Source of the DNA: Cladosporium halotolerans
Taxonomy: Eukaryota
Direction of reading: 5' to 3'
DNA: 64,000 nucleotides
NCBI RefSeq assembly: GCF_011745625.1
Contig: NW_027191453.1
Location: forward strand, 62,001 to 126,000
This document shows, piece after piece, positions 34,243-45,710 of this stretch. The position numbers were made by a program, and so were the translations under genes. Under the pieces are notes generated by a model. It saw nothing but the letters and a program-made list of their open reading frames with translations. It was not told where the DNA came from and did no database searches. The stretch's first letter is position 1; each line of letters opens with the position of its first letter.

Positions 34243-35993
34243 ATGGCGACGAGCAATGGCCGCATCCAACCCAACAGCTGGGTCTTTCTCCGACTTGCCT
34301 CAGACCTATTGAGGGCTGTTGAAATCAAGCCAAACACGTAGGTCCATTTGCGACGGCTACCACGCCTCATTGCATGACTCCTGCGAAGCCAAGCTGAGAA
34401 TGGCGCAGGATCATCGAAATCGGCAAGTACGGCTCAGTTCCCTCCAACCTCCTCCTCGGCCGCCCACTCTATTATACCTACGAAGTCCTCGAAAAGCAAG
34501 AGGGGGAACTGTACAGCCGTCTGCGTGCCGTCCCGCCTAGCGAGCTGAACGCAGACGTGATCGCTGAGGAAGCGACTCCAGACGAGAGCAGAGCAGAGCC
34601 TGGCACCCCTAGTGGCAGCGGCGGTGAAGGGATTGACATCGTGGCTGATGATGGAACCGTGATCATAAAGAACAACCGGCTCACCATCGACGATGCCAGT
34701 CGACAAGCGCTGTCGCATACCGAAATTGAGGAGTTGAAAAAGAGCTCTGGCGGTAAAGAGATTATTGAACAGATCCTGGCGAACCATGCAGGCCTAGATG
34801 AGAAGACCGCGTTTTCGAAGGCCAAATACACCCTGCGCAAAAGTAAGAAATACCTAAAGCGATTCACAGTATTGCCGATGGAGCTAGGCTTCTTGATCGA
34901 CTACATTATGCTGAAGGAGCCGGCACGGACAATGGAGATTAGGGAGGAGACACTTGGATTGGCTATGGCATGGAGCAACGTGCATTTCAGCAAATCAATC
35001 GACGGGGACGATAATCTGGGTGTAACTGCACCTGGTGGGAGATGGCTAGTCCTCGACGATACTGGTGGTCTGGTAACTGCTGCCGTTGCAGAGAGGATGA
35101 ATCTGCTCAGGAAAGATAACACAACCGCTCAAACGCAGGCGAACAATGGCGCACCAGAACCTTCAGAAGTGTCCATGGAAAACGGAGATTCAGACGCGAA
35201 ACCGCACACCCCAGTCGTCCACCACGACTTCCCTATCCCCGCTTCCTCGAACACAATTACCGTCCTGCACGCCGCAGTACAAGCCAACATCAGCCTTCTG
35301 AAATATTTCGATTACGACGGCAACAATCCCGATCCCGATCATCCTTTACACAACCACCTCAAAACGCTCTCATGGCTCCAACTACTCCACCCCGAAGAAG
35401 ACCCCACGTACCGCGAGCCCGAGACTGCGACACCAGAGGTCATGCAGACATGGAAGAGTGGAAAGCGTGGCACTTATTTCAAGAAGCGCAGACGCTGGGA
35501 GCGCTGCAAGGCGATCGTGGACGAGACGCGAGCAGGCGGTTTCGACGGCCTGATCGTCGCCTCACACATTGACCCCTCGACCATTTTCCCTCACGTCATT
35601 CCTCTCATCCGCGGCGGTGGTCATGTCGTCGTCTACTCGCCCACCGTGGAGTCACTCGTCAACTTGTCGGACTTGTACTCCAAGGATCGCAGGACAGCTT
35701 ATCTGAGCGCGCTCGCGCAGGGAAATGAGCCCGACAAGGAGGATTTCCCTGTTGATCCACGGCTTCTCCTCGCCCCGACGCTGCAGACGAGTAGGATCCG
35801 AGAGTATCAGGTTTTGCCTGGGCGGACACATCCGCTCATGACGAGCAAAGGTGGCAGTGAAGGCTTTGTGTTTACTGCGAGGAGAGTCATTCCCCTGGAG
35901 GGAGGCGTTGAGGCGAGGGGAAACTTTGGCAAGAAGAGAAAGGTCGATCAGGCAAACGGCAGCGATGTGGCTGCTGCTGCACCGTCAACATAG
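34243..35993 (+). CDS. GCD10: tRNA m1A58 methyltransferase non-catalytic subunit (Trm6/Gcd10)
   Basis: ATG 34243, intron approx. 34338-34408; IGKYG, KTAFSKAKY, GGFDGLIVAS, YQVLPGRTHPLMT motifs. Confidence 0.9.
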
Positions 35994-36113
35994 ACGAGAA
36001 GGTACATGTACAATATATACACATGAAGCCGAGAGGACGATTTTGGTGAAGGTAATTAGTTATGCTACAAGAGCAGACGCCACTTCTATAGCAATGTACA
36101 CTGAACATCGTGC

Positions 36114-38393
36114 CTACTCCCCGTCCTCATCATCTTCTTCAGCTTCGTCTCCAGAGCTATCCATTGTCAGAGGCGGCATCTCAAAGTCGCTGCCATCATC
36201 GTCCTCGTCATCTTGAGCTGCCGGCGCAGCCTGCGGCGGGAGAGTGACGGTTTGCTGTGATTTTGCGCGGGTGACCACGGTAGTTGGCACAAGGGCTTGC
36301 GCGGTCGCCGGATCGGGACCCGGTAAGTCCTGCGGCAACACTTCCGCCAAAGACTCAGCAACGGGAGAGGCGCGGAGTCGTTTTGCTGAGACCTCAGGCT
36401 CTGTGGTAGGGGGCGCTGCGCGCTTGGAAGATGTGGTGCTATCTTCCACGGGCACTGCCTCACCTTCCGCAGGCACAGCTTCTTGTTCGCTGGGAGCGTT
36501 TCCGAGTTGCTCATCTAGGACACCGAGAAGGTCCGGCTCAGCTTGGCCATCCATCTCGACATCTTCCTGGCCCTCTTCTTCCTCGACCTCATCATCTTCC
36601 TCAATTCCACTACGTCGTCCGGTCCATGTGACGGGCATTCTCGGCCTGATGATAGCCTCGACCTCGGCGTCGCCAGGGAACAGTCTGGCCAGGAATGGCA
36701 GCAGACTAGCCTGTGCACCCGTACCGGCTGGGTTGACAGGAGGGTTCAGGACGCTTGCCACCAAAGTTTGCTTGTGCTTGGTGAGGATGGCGGTGCGATC
36801 AATAGATGCACGGAGTTTCCGCGGGAAAAGTCTGGGGTCGAGTTGCGACAGAGCGATGGGGAGCAAAGCCGTTGCTGCATCATGCAGAGCTGCATTGGCG
36901 ATTGTAGGCTTGCTGTTTTGCGGTGCGGATGCGTTGGCTTGCTGCTGTCCGCCAGAAATTGGTGCCGAAACGGTGGCTCGGTTATCTTCAGGTAGCACGT
37001 CAAAGCAGCATGCCACGAAGAAAGGAGCCAGGTCTGCAATTTCGTCCTTTGCGAGAGAGTGGCCGTTGAAGTTCAAGATCTGTCCGAGCAAGCTGTAAGC
37101 CGAAGCGCGGAATTGCTCATCCCCTCGCTCCGCCTTGAAACCCCAGGTCAGTTGCTCGATCAGGCTTGGGAAGATCGAAAGGAGAGCAGCTCCGAAGCGG
37201 TGGATGATGGAATGGAGTAGCTGAAGGACAGCAACATGGATGCGAGGGAGCACGTTGTACAGTGCCTCTCTCTCGTCTCGCGAAATCTGGTTGTTCGGCT
37301 TGACAAACTCCTGCCTTCCTGAAGCCGGTACTGTGACGCTGAGGAGACGCGTGGTTAGATCAGCGATCAAGCCGATGCGGATAGTCGCTGAATTTGCAGT
37401 GGTATTCTCCATGTGTGTTTGCAGAAGCTCTAGCAGCGTGACCACCCTCTCTGCTCCGCTGTATACGCCTTTCCAAGCACCGAGGCCAACAGCATCTGAG
37501 CTTTCCATCTCAGCATCGCCAGCAACAGCAAGCTGTTGAGCTGGTACGGAAGGTGAAACGCCGGCCGCAGATCTCCAATCCTCGATCACAGACCGGAACA
37601 CGCGGTCGCACGTGGTGTGCGTTGCAGTCACAGTAGACTTGAGCGTGTCGTCCCATTTCTCCGAGGCGCCTTGCTTCGGTGCACAGTTGTGCAAAAGCAC
37701 CAGCACCTTCTGTGCGGTCTTCACATGGCAGTCCACGTAGTGCTGCGCTCCACCAGGAGTGGCAGTTGACGAGATGATCCTGTTCAACAAGCTGCGGAGG
37801 TGGTTTTCATGCGTGCGGAAGACTGTGGGATGCCTGGGTAAAAGTGTGGCCAAAGCTTCAAGGATGGTCTGAAGCTCGCTGGCAGAGCATCTCTTGTTTT
37901 CGATGTTGCTCAGACAAGACGAAATGAAAGCCGGTAGAGCAGGGGTCGTAATCTCTCTGACCAGGTTCGCGTGATCCCAGGTGAGCATAAAAATGCGTAC
38001 AAGCGTGATGACCGACAAAGACCGAGTCGTAGGAGGATCGGGCTTCTTGAGGAATCCTAGAAGAGATTTGACCCAGCCATTGGCTTTGCCGAGAACCTCG
38101 AGACCGCCAGCCTCAATCGCTGCTTTGACCAAGACGACGGCAGACCACCGACCTTCAATTGTGCGGTCTTGGAGGAGCGTGGAGAGTTGTGTCTTGAAGC
38201 GATGAACAATCACGCCGTCATCTGAGTTTTGCTTGGTGGATGGCGCTGTAGATGAGAGAAGATCTCTGCAGGTCCAGAGGGAGCCAGAAACTTGAGCCGC
38301 AATTCGTGGAAGCTGCTCGACAGGTGTTGAAGCAATACGGATCGTGAGCTGCTTTAGGATGGCAGCGCCCGGGAGACTGGGCTTTTGCGCCAT
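36114..38393 (-). CDS. RIX1: Pre-rRNA-processing protein Rix1 (PELP1-like)
   Basis: EGRWSAVVLVKA, REITTPALPAF, RHPTVFR, IRPRMP motifs; helical N-terminus and acidic tail. Confidence 0.87.
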   Translation of the reverse strand: MAQKPSLPGAAILKQLTIRIASTPVEQLPRIAAQVSGSLWTCRDLLSSTAPSTKQNSDDGVIVHRFKTQLSTLLQDRTIEGRWSAVVLVKAAIEAGGLEVLGKANGWVKSLLGFLKKPDPPTTRSLSVITLVRIFMLTWDHANLVREITTPALPAFISSCLSNIENKRCSASELQTILEALATLLPRHPTVFRTHENHLRSLLNRIISSTATPGGAQHYVDCHVKTAQKVLVLLHNCAPKQGASEKWDDTLKSTVTATHTTCDRVFRSVIEDWRSAAGVSPSVPAQQLAVAGDAEMESSDAVGLGAWKGVYSGAERVVTLLELLQTHMENTTANSATIRIGLIADLTTRLLSVTVPASGRQEFVKPNNQISRDEREALYNVLPRIHVAVLQLLHSIIHRFGAALLSIFPSLIEQLTWGFKAERGDEQFRASAYSLLGQILNFNGHSLAKDEIADLAPFFVACCFDVLPEDNRATVSAPISGGQQQANASAPQNSKPTIANAALHDAATALLPIALSQLDPRLFPRKLRASIDRTAILTKHKQTLVASVLNPPVNPAGTGAQASLLPFLARLFPGDAEVEAIIRPRMPVTWTGRRSGIEEDDEVEEEEGQEDVEMDGQAEPDLLGVLDEQLGNAPSEQEAVPAEGEAVPVEDSTTSSKRAAPPTTEPEVSAKRLRASPVAESLAEVLPQDLPGPDPATAQALVPTTVVTRAKSQQTVTLPPQAAPAAQDDEDDDGSDFEMPPLTMDSSGDEAEEDDEDGE

Positions 38394-38467
38394 TTTGAGG
38401 CGTCTCGCAGTGTGTGTGATTAGCTTGTCGGGCGACGAACAAGCAGAGGCTTTCGACTTGGTGTAAA

Positions 38468-38482
38468 AACCCTAACCCTAAC
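38468..38482 (-). promoter_or_regulatory. Tandem telomere-type TTAGGG motif upstream of RIX1
   Basis: GTTAGGGTTAGGGTT on the RIX1 sense strand, ~75-90 bp before the ATG. Confidence 0.45.
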
Positions 38483-39096
38483 GCTCGGTGGCCTCCGCGG
38501 CGGAGCATCTTTCCAGCACAGCCAAGATCGCGCGCCGAACCGAGGCTGCGCACGGTCGCTGCGTGGCTGCTATTGACACCCTAAGTATTTACATCAGCGA
38601 ATCGGAATCAAAGAGGATTTTGGCAGAGGACTGTGGGAGACTCTCCTTCGTGGGCTTTGAGCAGATCCGGCTGGCGCTTCCGTGATGGTCGAAGTGCACA
38701 GGCTCATCTCTAAGCTGGTACGTCTTGGCGACCTTTCTGATTTGCGCGTCGACCTTCGGCTGCAAGGTGAGGACCGACTTGCGGTTTGGCATCAGCACCG
38801 GAGGCTGAGCTGCGGAGGCTGAATTTGCGGCTGGTGTCGCGTCAGAAGCTGGTGCCGTTACAGGAGCAGGTGGCACGTCAGAAGCCGGAGTTGTACCCGA
38901 GGATGCGTTGTTGGCCCCTGCGGTTGGCTGCTGAGGCTCCGTCGAGTTTGCTTGCCGAGTCGTCGTGTGATTATTGGCACCCCGTTACTCGCGATCGACT
39001 TGAGCATCTTCCTCTTCCCAGCCGACTATTTCCTGGTCAGTAACGCTGGCGGAGATCGGTATTTTACCACCTGACACCGCACGAGCAGGCGTGACA

Positions 39097-39900
39097 ACAC
39101 GCTGCTCATGCTGAGGCTCGCCTTTTGGCGAGGAGTCCAAAGACTTGTCCCTGTGGGACGAGTAGACTCTGAGGAGGCAGAAGAAAAAGAAGAAGAAGAA
39201 GAAGAACGACAGTGGTGGCCGCAGATGACAGCCGGATCAGCCCCGAATCTAGGATTCAAGACCGAAAAAAAGGTGGCCCTCTGTATAGTCTTGGTCACTA
39301 CTTTTGCAGTTACAGGACTACACTCTGCTCATGTTGAGGCTCGCCTTGTTGGCGAGGAGTCCGAGCAGTCGTCCCTGTGGGACGATGAGGGGAGGATCAA
39401 GTTCATGGCCGCAGATGACAGCCGGATCAGTCTCGAATCTAGGATCCAAAACCGACCAAAAAAAGGTGCCTCTGCATAGTCTTGATAACCGCTTTTGCAG
39501 TAACAGGACCACACGCTGCTCGTATTGGCGCTCGCCTTGTTGGCGAGGAGTCCGAGCACTCGTCCCTGTGGGACGAGGGGAGGCAGAACAGATTGATGGC
39601 CGTAAGAGAACAGCCGGATCAGTCTCGAATCTAGGATCCAAGACCGACCAAAAAAAGGTCCCTCTGTATAGTCTTGATAACCGCTTTTGCGGTCACAGGA
39701 CTACACGCTGCCCATGCCGGGGCGCGCGCGCCTTATTGGCGAGCAGCCCGAGCATTCGTCCCTGTGGAACGAGGGAAGGAGGAGGAAGAAGTTGTTATGG
39801 CCGCAGATGACAGCCGGATCAGTCTCGAATCTAGGATTGCAGACCGAAAAAAAAAAGCGGCACGATTGTATACTCTTGATAACCACTTTCGCAGTTACCG
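39097..39900. repeat. Degenerate tandem array, ~4 units of 190-200 bp with conserved core and variable purine-rich spacer
   Basis: Anchor GCCGGATCAG at 39231, 39421, 39613, 39813; other blocks (CGAATCTAGGAT, A6-10 tract, CGCC..GGCGAG, GTCCCTGTGG) recur in the same order. Confidence 0.95.
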
Positions 39901-40077
39901 AAGAGTTCCAAAAGGCGAAGAGAAAAAGAAGGAGAGTGTGAGAGGAGCCCGCTTTGTTTTGTGGCAATCGCGCACCGGCGGCGAACACGGATGAGCCCCA
40001 CCTTCCTCGCCACTCGCTGCTGCCTGTTTGAGCAAACGGTGACATGGCAACCCGGGGCGGGGGGTCACATGGTTCGT

Positions 40078-40127
40078 CGGGCACCTGCTTCCACCGGGCA
40101 TCTGCCTTCACCGGGCACCTGCCTTCA
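40078..40127. repeat. 17-bp direct repeat x3 (CGGGCAYCTGCYTYCAC)
   Basis: Copies start at 40078, 40095 and 40112. Confidence 0.85.
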
Positions 40128-41011
40128 TCAGAGATCCAGAGGTGAAAGTAACAATGTTTGTCTACTGAGGCGCTTCACAAATGCCGTGGATTGATTCTTG
40201 TCTGTCACTTCGAGACAGCCGTACGGTTTTCAATTGAAAAGCTAATGTCCCTGGCAAGGGCTTCTCATTGATTGCATCGATCTCCTATTTCAAACTCTAT
40301 CATGCGAGGGGAGACTGCCTCATCGCCGCATGGAGTCGCTTGGATCTACCAACGATGCAGCGTGCGTTCTGGATTGCTTTTATCGATCAGAAATCTTGAT
40401 TCTCAACTTGAAGGTCTCAGATGTTGCACTTTGGACGTTCACGGCTTGCTCGCATCACGTGAACACAAGTCGAGCGCAGGAACAAGCTCAATAAGTGAAA
40501 AACAGCTCGAGGACATAGATGGAAATGGAACATCAATTGCATGAGCATTCACGAGCCTGCAGAAACGAAAGATATGAAGAGTGATCTGCGAACAACGGAT
40601 TTCTCATCGATTAATGTAGCGATATTGGACTTGATTCTGATAGTGTCATATGGCAACCGTCACGCCGACTTGCCGCACAGAAGAGTCTAAACAGCTTGCA
40701 AGCTTTCACATATGTTCTGCGATAGCCTAATGACCTTTTTGCCCTAGAGTGGTCGTGAGGTGAGGTCTGGGTGAGGTGGTAAGCCCCAGCGGGTGGAACG
40801 GACCGTTGACGCAGGCGGCGCTACTCCGCGCCCCACCCAGACACCCGGTGTTTGAGCGACCTCGCCGCAACAGCTGGAACGCAACATTTCTTGTTGCAGC
40901 CGTGGCACCCGACTCCCATTACGACATAATCTGGAACACAGGGCCGGGAGGATGAGGCTGGCATAGGATATCCAAGACCTCTTCAAATCCTACGCTCCCT
41001 GCTCCTCCACA

Positions 41012-44000
41012 ATGAGCGTCGGCGCCCGATCTGCCGCGAACCCTGAGAAAGGCGCGCGTTACTTGGCCCAGCTGGATCAAGCTCTCTGCAACGCATCATG
41101 GTCTGAAGTACCCGAGCTCTCACGTAAGGTAGAGAAGCACGCGCCCACTCGCCAATGCCTCACCCTCGCCGCCAGGTCCGAAGCACAGATAGCTTCTGCG
41201 TCCCATCGACCAACCTCTGCCTCCTCGGACCCCAAAGCCAGCTTGCACGGATTGAGCGACCTGATACCTCGGCTGGAGGAAGCGATCGTGGTGGGAAACA
41301 GCATTGAGGAAGATGCCTTCATCGCAAGTGTCTGCTTGGCGGAAATACATTGGCTGCGCGAGGATCAGGAGACAGCGTTGAAGTTGCTGCCAGACTTCAT
41401 TCCAGAATCGAATCCGCATAGCAGTCTGCCCTCTGCGCTAGGCTGGATGGAAGTTTGCGCAGTCAAGACTGCGTGCATCCGAGCGACTTCTTTGGAACAC
41501 CAAGGCAAAGAGGACGAGGCACGGAAATTGTACCAAGAGACTATCGCGAAGACACCTGGAGCTAGGTCGGCAGAGTTGAGGAAATGGACGGAGAGGCTGC
41601 TCGGTAGAGCTTGTGTACACTTCAATTCCAGGAAATCCTCAGGCTCAGTGCAGACACTCACGGAAGCTCTGAGGGCGTTCACAGCATGGAACGACTTCTG
41701 GCAGCGCTCGCCCCCCACCTCTGTTGGCTCTGGTAGTAGTCCTTCCCGGATTGATGTTCCTCGGCGACATGTGTGGCGAGCCTATTACGATCTTTTGTCA
41801 ACGATCTTGCAACATGGCCTCACATACTACATTGCTTCGGGTTCGCGAATCCATATGGGCACCCTTGATACGGTCCCAGAAGGATACCAGATGTCCGCGA
41901 AGCAAAGACAACGAGCAGACTTGAAGCGCGTAGAGAGCACATACGAGTCTTTGTTGATTCAGGAGACACAATTTCCAAAAGCGAGTCAGACAAATCTTGA
42001 GGTCGAAGAATGGGTCGATCAAGCCATGAAGAATTGGAGGATCATCTGTGGCGTTGGCTGGACCGATGCTGAGCTAGGACAAGGTGGGAAAGAGGCGGTC
42101 AGCCGCGTCCTGCTCGACATCCTGTATCGTGCAGCAACAAAGACTTTCCACTCAACGGCAGTCTTGAGGGAATTGTTCAATGTGCATGCCTCGTTAGGCG
42201 AGTTTGAACTAGCTATGCACGCATTTGACAGCTATGTCGAGATCATCGGCAAGGGAAAGGCTCGATCAGAGAAAACTGGCCAGCATGAAACTGGGTTTGA
42301 CGACGATGACACAGCCGTACTTACTGCCGCGGAAGCCGTCCGGGTTCTTTGCCGGTATGGTGACCGCGCTCAAGCTGAGAAGGCATTGAAGGTCGGCAAA
42401 CTTCTACAAAAGTGGACAGGCCAGCAGAGGCCACAAACGGCAGATTCGCAGCAGACACCTGCGCACACAGGAGCAAACGACTCAGTTGTACCGGCAGGGT
42501 CTCAACTCAAGGCCTCGACCCTTGCCGCCGCTTACAGGGCAATCGGCATCAGCCAGGCGCAGTGGGCTCGACTTACATTTGACACCGACTCTCGCCCTGC
42601 TCTGCAAGATGAAGCATTGAAGCAGCTGCGACGAGCAGAACTCCAGGAACCTAACAATGTAGAGACCAGCTACGCATTGGCTTCATTGCTTGCGGAAACC
42701 GGAGATGTGACATCAGCAATCTCTACTATCAAGCGCGCTCTTGCAACCAAGCCGACGACTGAACAAGCAGACATCGGAAAGGATTACACCAGGGAAAGGA
42801 AAATCGTTTCCCTTTGGCATTTGCTGGCTCTGTGCTTAGGCGCCAAGGATCAGCACGAGGCTGCGTCTAAGATGTGTGAGGCAGCACTCGCGCAGTTTGG
42901 TGACCCTACAGTGCTTTTCGGCCAAACAGTACCGCACGGAGGAGATCCCGAGAAGCAATCAAATTTGACTCGACTTTCGCGAGGACTCGTTGACCAAATG
43001 GAGGGATTCGAAAAGGAAAACATTGTCCAGATCAAGATGACCCAGCTCACTCTAGCCGAACTCATGGATGGACCTGGCGCCGCTGTGGACATGACTGACG
43101 AGCTACTGGGCTTGTACGCTCGAGTCTTTGGAAAACCTGAAGTGACCAAGGTCTCGAAGCCGCCTCAAACGGCGTCTGTTGTCCCGTCCAGGGCTGGAGG
43201 CACTCTGCGGAGCATAGCCGGGAGCATCAGGCCGAAGTCGCACAGGAACAGTATGGACAAGCCTGGCCAGCGCGGCGCACCTCAAGCCTCAACATTGGAA
43301 GCCTCTGTTGTAAATGGACAGACAAATACCGCAGCAGCCGGTGGTCAAGATTTAGGCCCACCCATATCTATCACCGTGACCAACGAGGATGGGGTTGCAG
43401 CAGATGGAGGACGCGGCCGCCAGGAGCACCGCCATCTACCTTTCAGGCTTCGATCAAGCACGAACGAAAACAGGTCACGGTCACGCAGCTTGGGGGGCAA
43501 GTCAAAGCCAGTACCAACGCAGAACGACCAGCCTCCCCTCCCGCCTCCCAAAGATGTTCCTGTCGCGGCCAGTCAACCTCCTGTGGCTCCAGCTGTCAGC
43601 AATAGCGATGAAAAGAGCGCGGGGCAACCACTGGGATCGATGGCTCATAATGCAACTCACGGAGACTGGCCACCTCCTGCTGGTCACGAGTCACAGCCTC
43701 CGCAGCAAGATATCCGTCTTCCTGCGCCACACCCTGCATCTGGTGCATCGCCAGTTCCGAGCTTCTCCCTGGCTCAACAGCAGCGGCACAAGATTAGTCT
43801 GCTCGTCGACGTCTGGCTTTTCATCGCGGAGCTATACATCCGAGCTGAATCTTTTGAAGACGCGGCTGGTGCGATCGAAGAAGCGAACAAGCTAGTCGAA
43901 TCTTTTGAGGCGGAGGTAGCTGCGGAAGATTCCAGCGCGAAGGGCTTTTATGACAAGAGCTGGGGTGGAGGCAAGAGTGTTGATGAGCTATGGGCGAATG

Positions 44001-44607
44001 TATGGTCTGCGGTAAGTTCTGGCAATGCCAATCAGCGGCCTTCTTTTACAGTCCCAGAACACCGTGCTAACAATGCATACAGAGAGGCGACCTCGCGTCT
44101 GCTCGCTCCTTGCCTTTTGAAGCCTCGTCACATTACGAGGTATCCCTCTCTTACTTCCCCGATCATCCTTCTTCTATCGTCGCGCTGTCCACACTGTTGC
44201 TCGACATCTACTCAGAAGTCCTGCCCGCGGAGCCACCTACAACCAGCGGCGCAGCTGCAAACTCGCAATCTCTTCCCATCAAAGTGGTGCCAGTATCTAG
44301 CGTCCCCGTTCTGGAGCCCGCACCGATCCAAGCGCCCAATGCCCGGGCAATCTCCCGAAGAGACCCTGCGCCCGCCGAACTCAACCGCTTGGCTGCGAGG
44401 GAAAGAGCCTACATGCTGCTTTCCACTCTGACAAGATTGGGGTCCGGTTGGGATGACAGTGAGGCTTGGCTGGCTCTTTCGAGGGCGCATGAACTTTCAG
44501 GACAGATTGGGAAGGCGAAGGAGGCGCTGTGGTGGGTTGTTGAGCTGGAAGATAGCAGGGGTTTGAGAGGTTGGCGGGATGCTACAGTTGGAGGGCTGAC
44601 GGTTTGA
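41012..44607 (+). CDS. YPP1: TPR protein Ypp1/TTC7-like (PI4-kinase complex scaffold)
   Basis: ETQFPKASQTN, LYRAATKTFHS, WHLLALCL, GWDDSEAW, LWWVVELED motifs; intron approx. 44012-44082 joins ORFs 41012.. and 44110..44607. Confidence 0.82.
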
Positions 44608-45071
44608 TTCTGGTCTTGACAGCCTTGAAGCGATGATTTGTGCAATAAATGGCGGTACTTTGTTTATGCAATTGATACCCTGTGATCGCGCGTACGCTAT
44701 CGGTTTTCTCTGCACTTTCAATATGTAGATCATGTTCAATTCATCCTATTCGTGCAGATGGGCCGTTCTTGAGCCAGACTCAAGTATTCGACCCATGCTG
44801 CTGATTCCTTCCGAACACAGTGACTGTTCGTCTCCGTTGTTTATTTATCCCCTTCTCTTATACCGCTCGCGTCCAGCGCTTTTCCAGCCATAAGATATCC
44901 AATGCAATGTTCTCTGCTCGCACACGATTCACAAGCTGTACCATCCATTTGCACCTGCATCGGAGCGCAGCTCGCCTTAGCCTGCTACTGGCCCTCTCGT
45001 TCTCTCATTGCACCGATAAAGCGTTGTCCAGAATCATTCTTCAGTCCTAGATGGTCCCGCTCAGCGCTCGT

Positions 45072-45450
45072 CTAAGCCGCCGTGCCCTTCTTCTTCTCCC
45101 ACTCCGCCGGCGTGAAGCACTTGGGCGTCCATGCGTGAATCGCAGCGATCTCTTCCTTCAGCACGCTGTTCACCAGCCTGTGTCTCGCGAGCGTCATCTT
45201 CTTCTCGAACTGAGAGGAGACAATGATCGCCTCAAACATTTGACCGCAGCCGCCTGTATACCCACATTCCATCGTCAGCATGAGGCGTCAGAGAAGCTGA
45301 AGTACAACCGGCGCTAAACCCACCGGACAGATCCTGGATGTCGACATGCGCGGCATCGAGCTTGGATCGCAGCGTTGCGGCCAGCGAGTCGGCTGTGATG
45401 CCGGATGAAAGCTGGTTCTGCGTCGCTTCGGTGTCTGTTTGTGCGCTCAT
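45072..45450 (-). CDS. BolA-family protein, cytosolic Fra2/Bol2 type, 2 exons
   Basis: DLSGGCGQMF (after intron approx. 45254-45323), RHRLVN, IHAW; no presequence. Confidence 0.9.
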
Positions 45451-45710
45451 TATGTGAGGTATGTGTTGGTAGCAATGCAATGAAGTGAGGGCAGCGTTCG
45501 TCAGACTCATCCGCTTATCAGATCACAGATGCATCCCACTTCGGAGGCTGCGCTGCGCTGCGCTTGGCCTGGCAAACCCCCGGTGACGTCGGCAGCTCCA
45601 GCCAACTTCTCTTTCGCGCGCGCGCGCAAAGGGCAAAAGTCAATCAACGAGTAAACACAGAGTCGCGTCTGTTCCCGTCGGTTCCAAAGCCTCTCGTCGC
45701 ATCCCGCTAC

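Noticed and set aside
30690..35993. ADI1 / THR1-PurM / GCD10 as a methionine-SAM metabolic cluster
   Set aside because: Housekeeping genes in a dense block; the thematic link is too loose to support without synteny data.
39330..39400. Hammerhead or HDV ribozyme in the array unit
   Set aside because: No CUGANGA/GAAA core; TCCTCGC on the minus strand lacks a closing P3 stem and the downstream catalytic-C context.
39097..39900. CRISPR array or coding-repeat reading of the tandem array
   Set aside because: Eukaryotic locus, repeat core ~165 bp (far longer than CRISPR repeats), no cas genes; frame-breaking indels between units.
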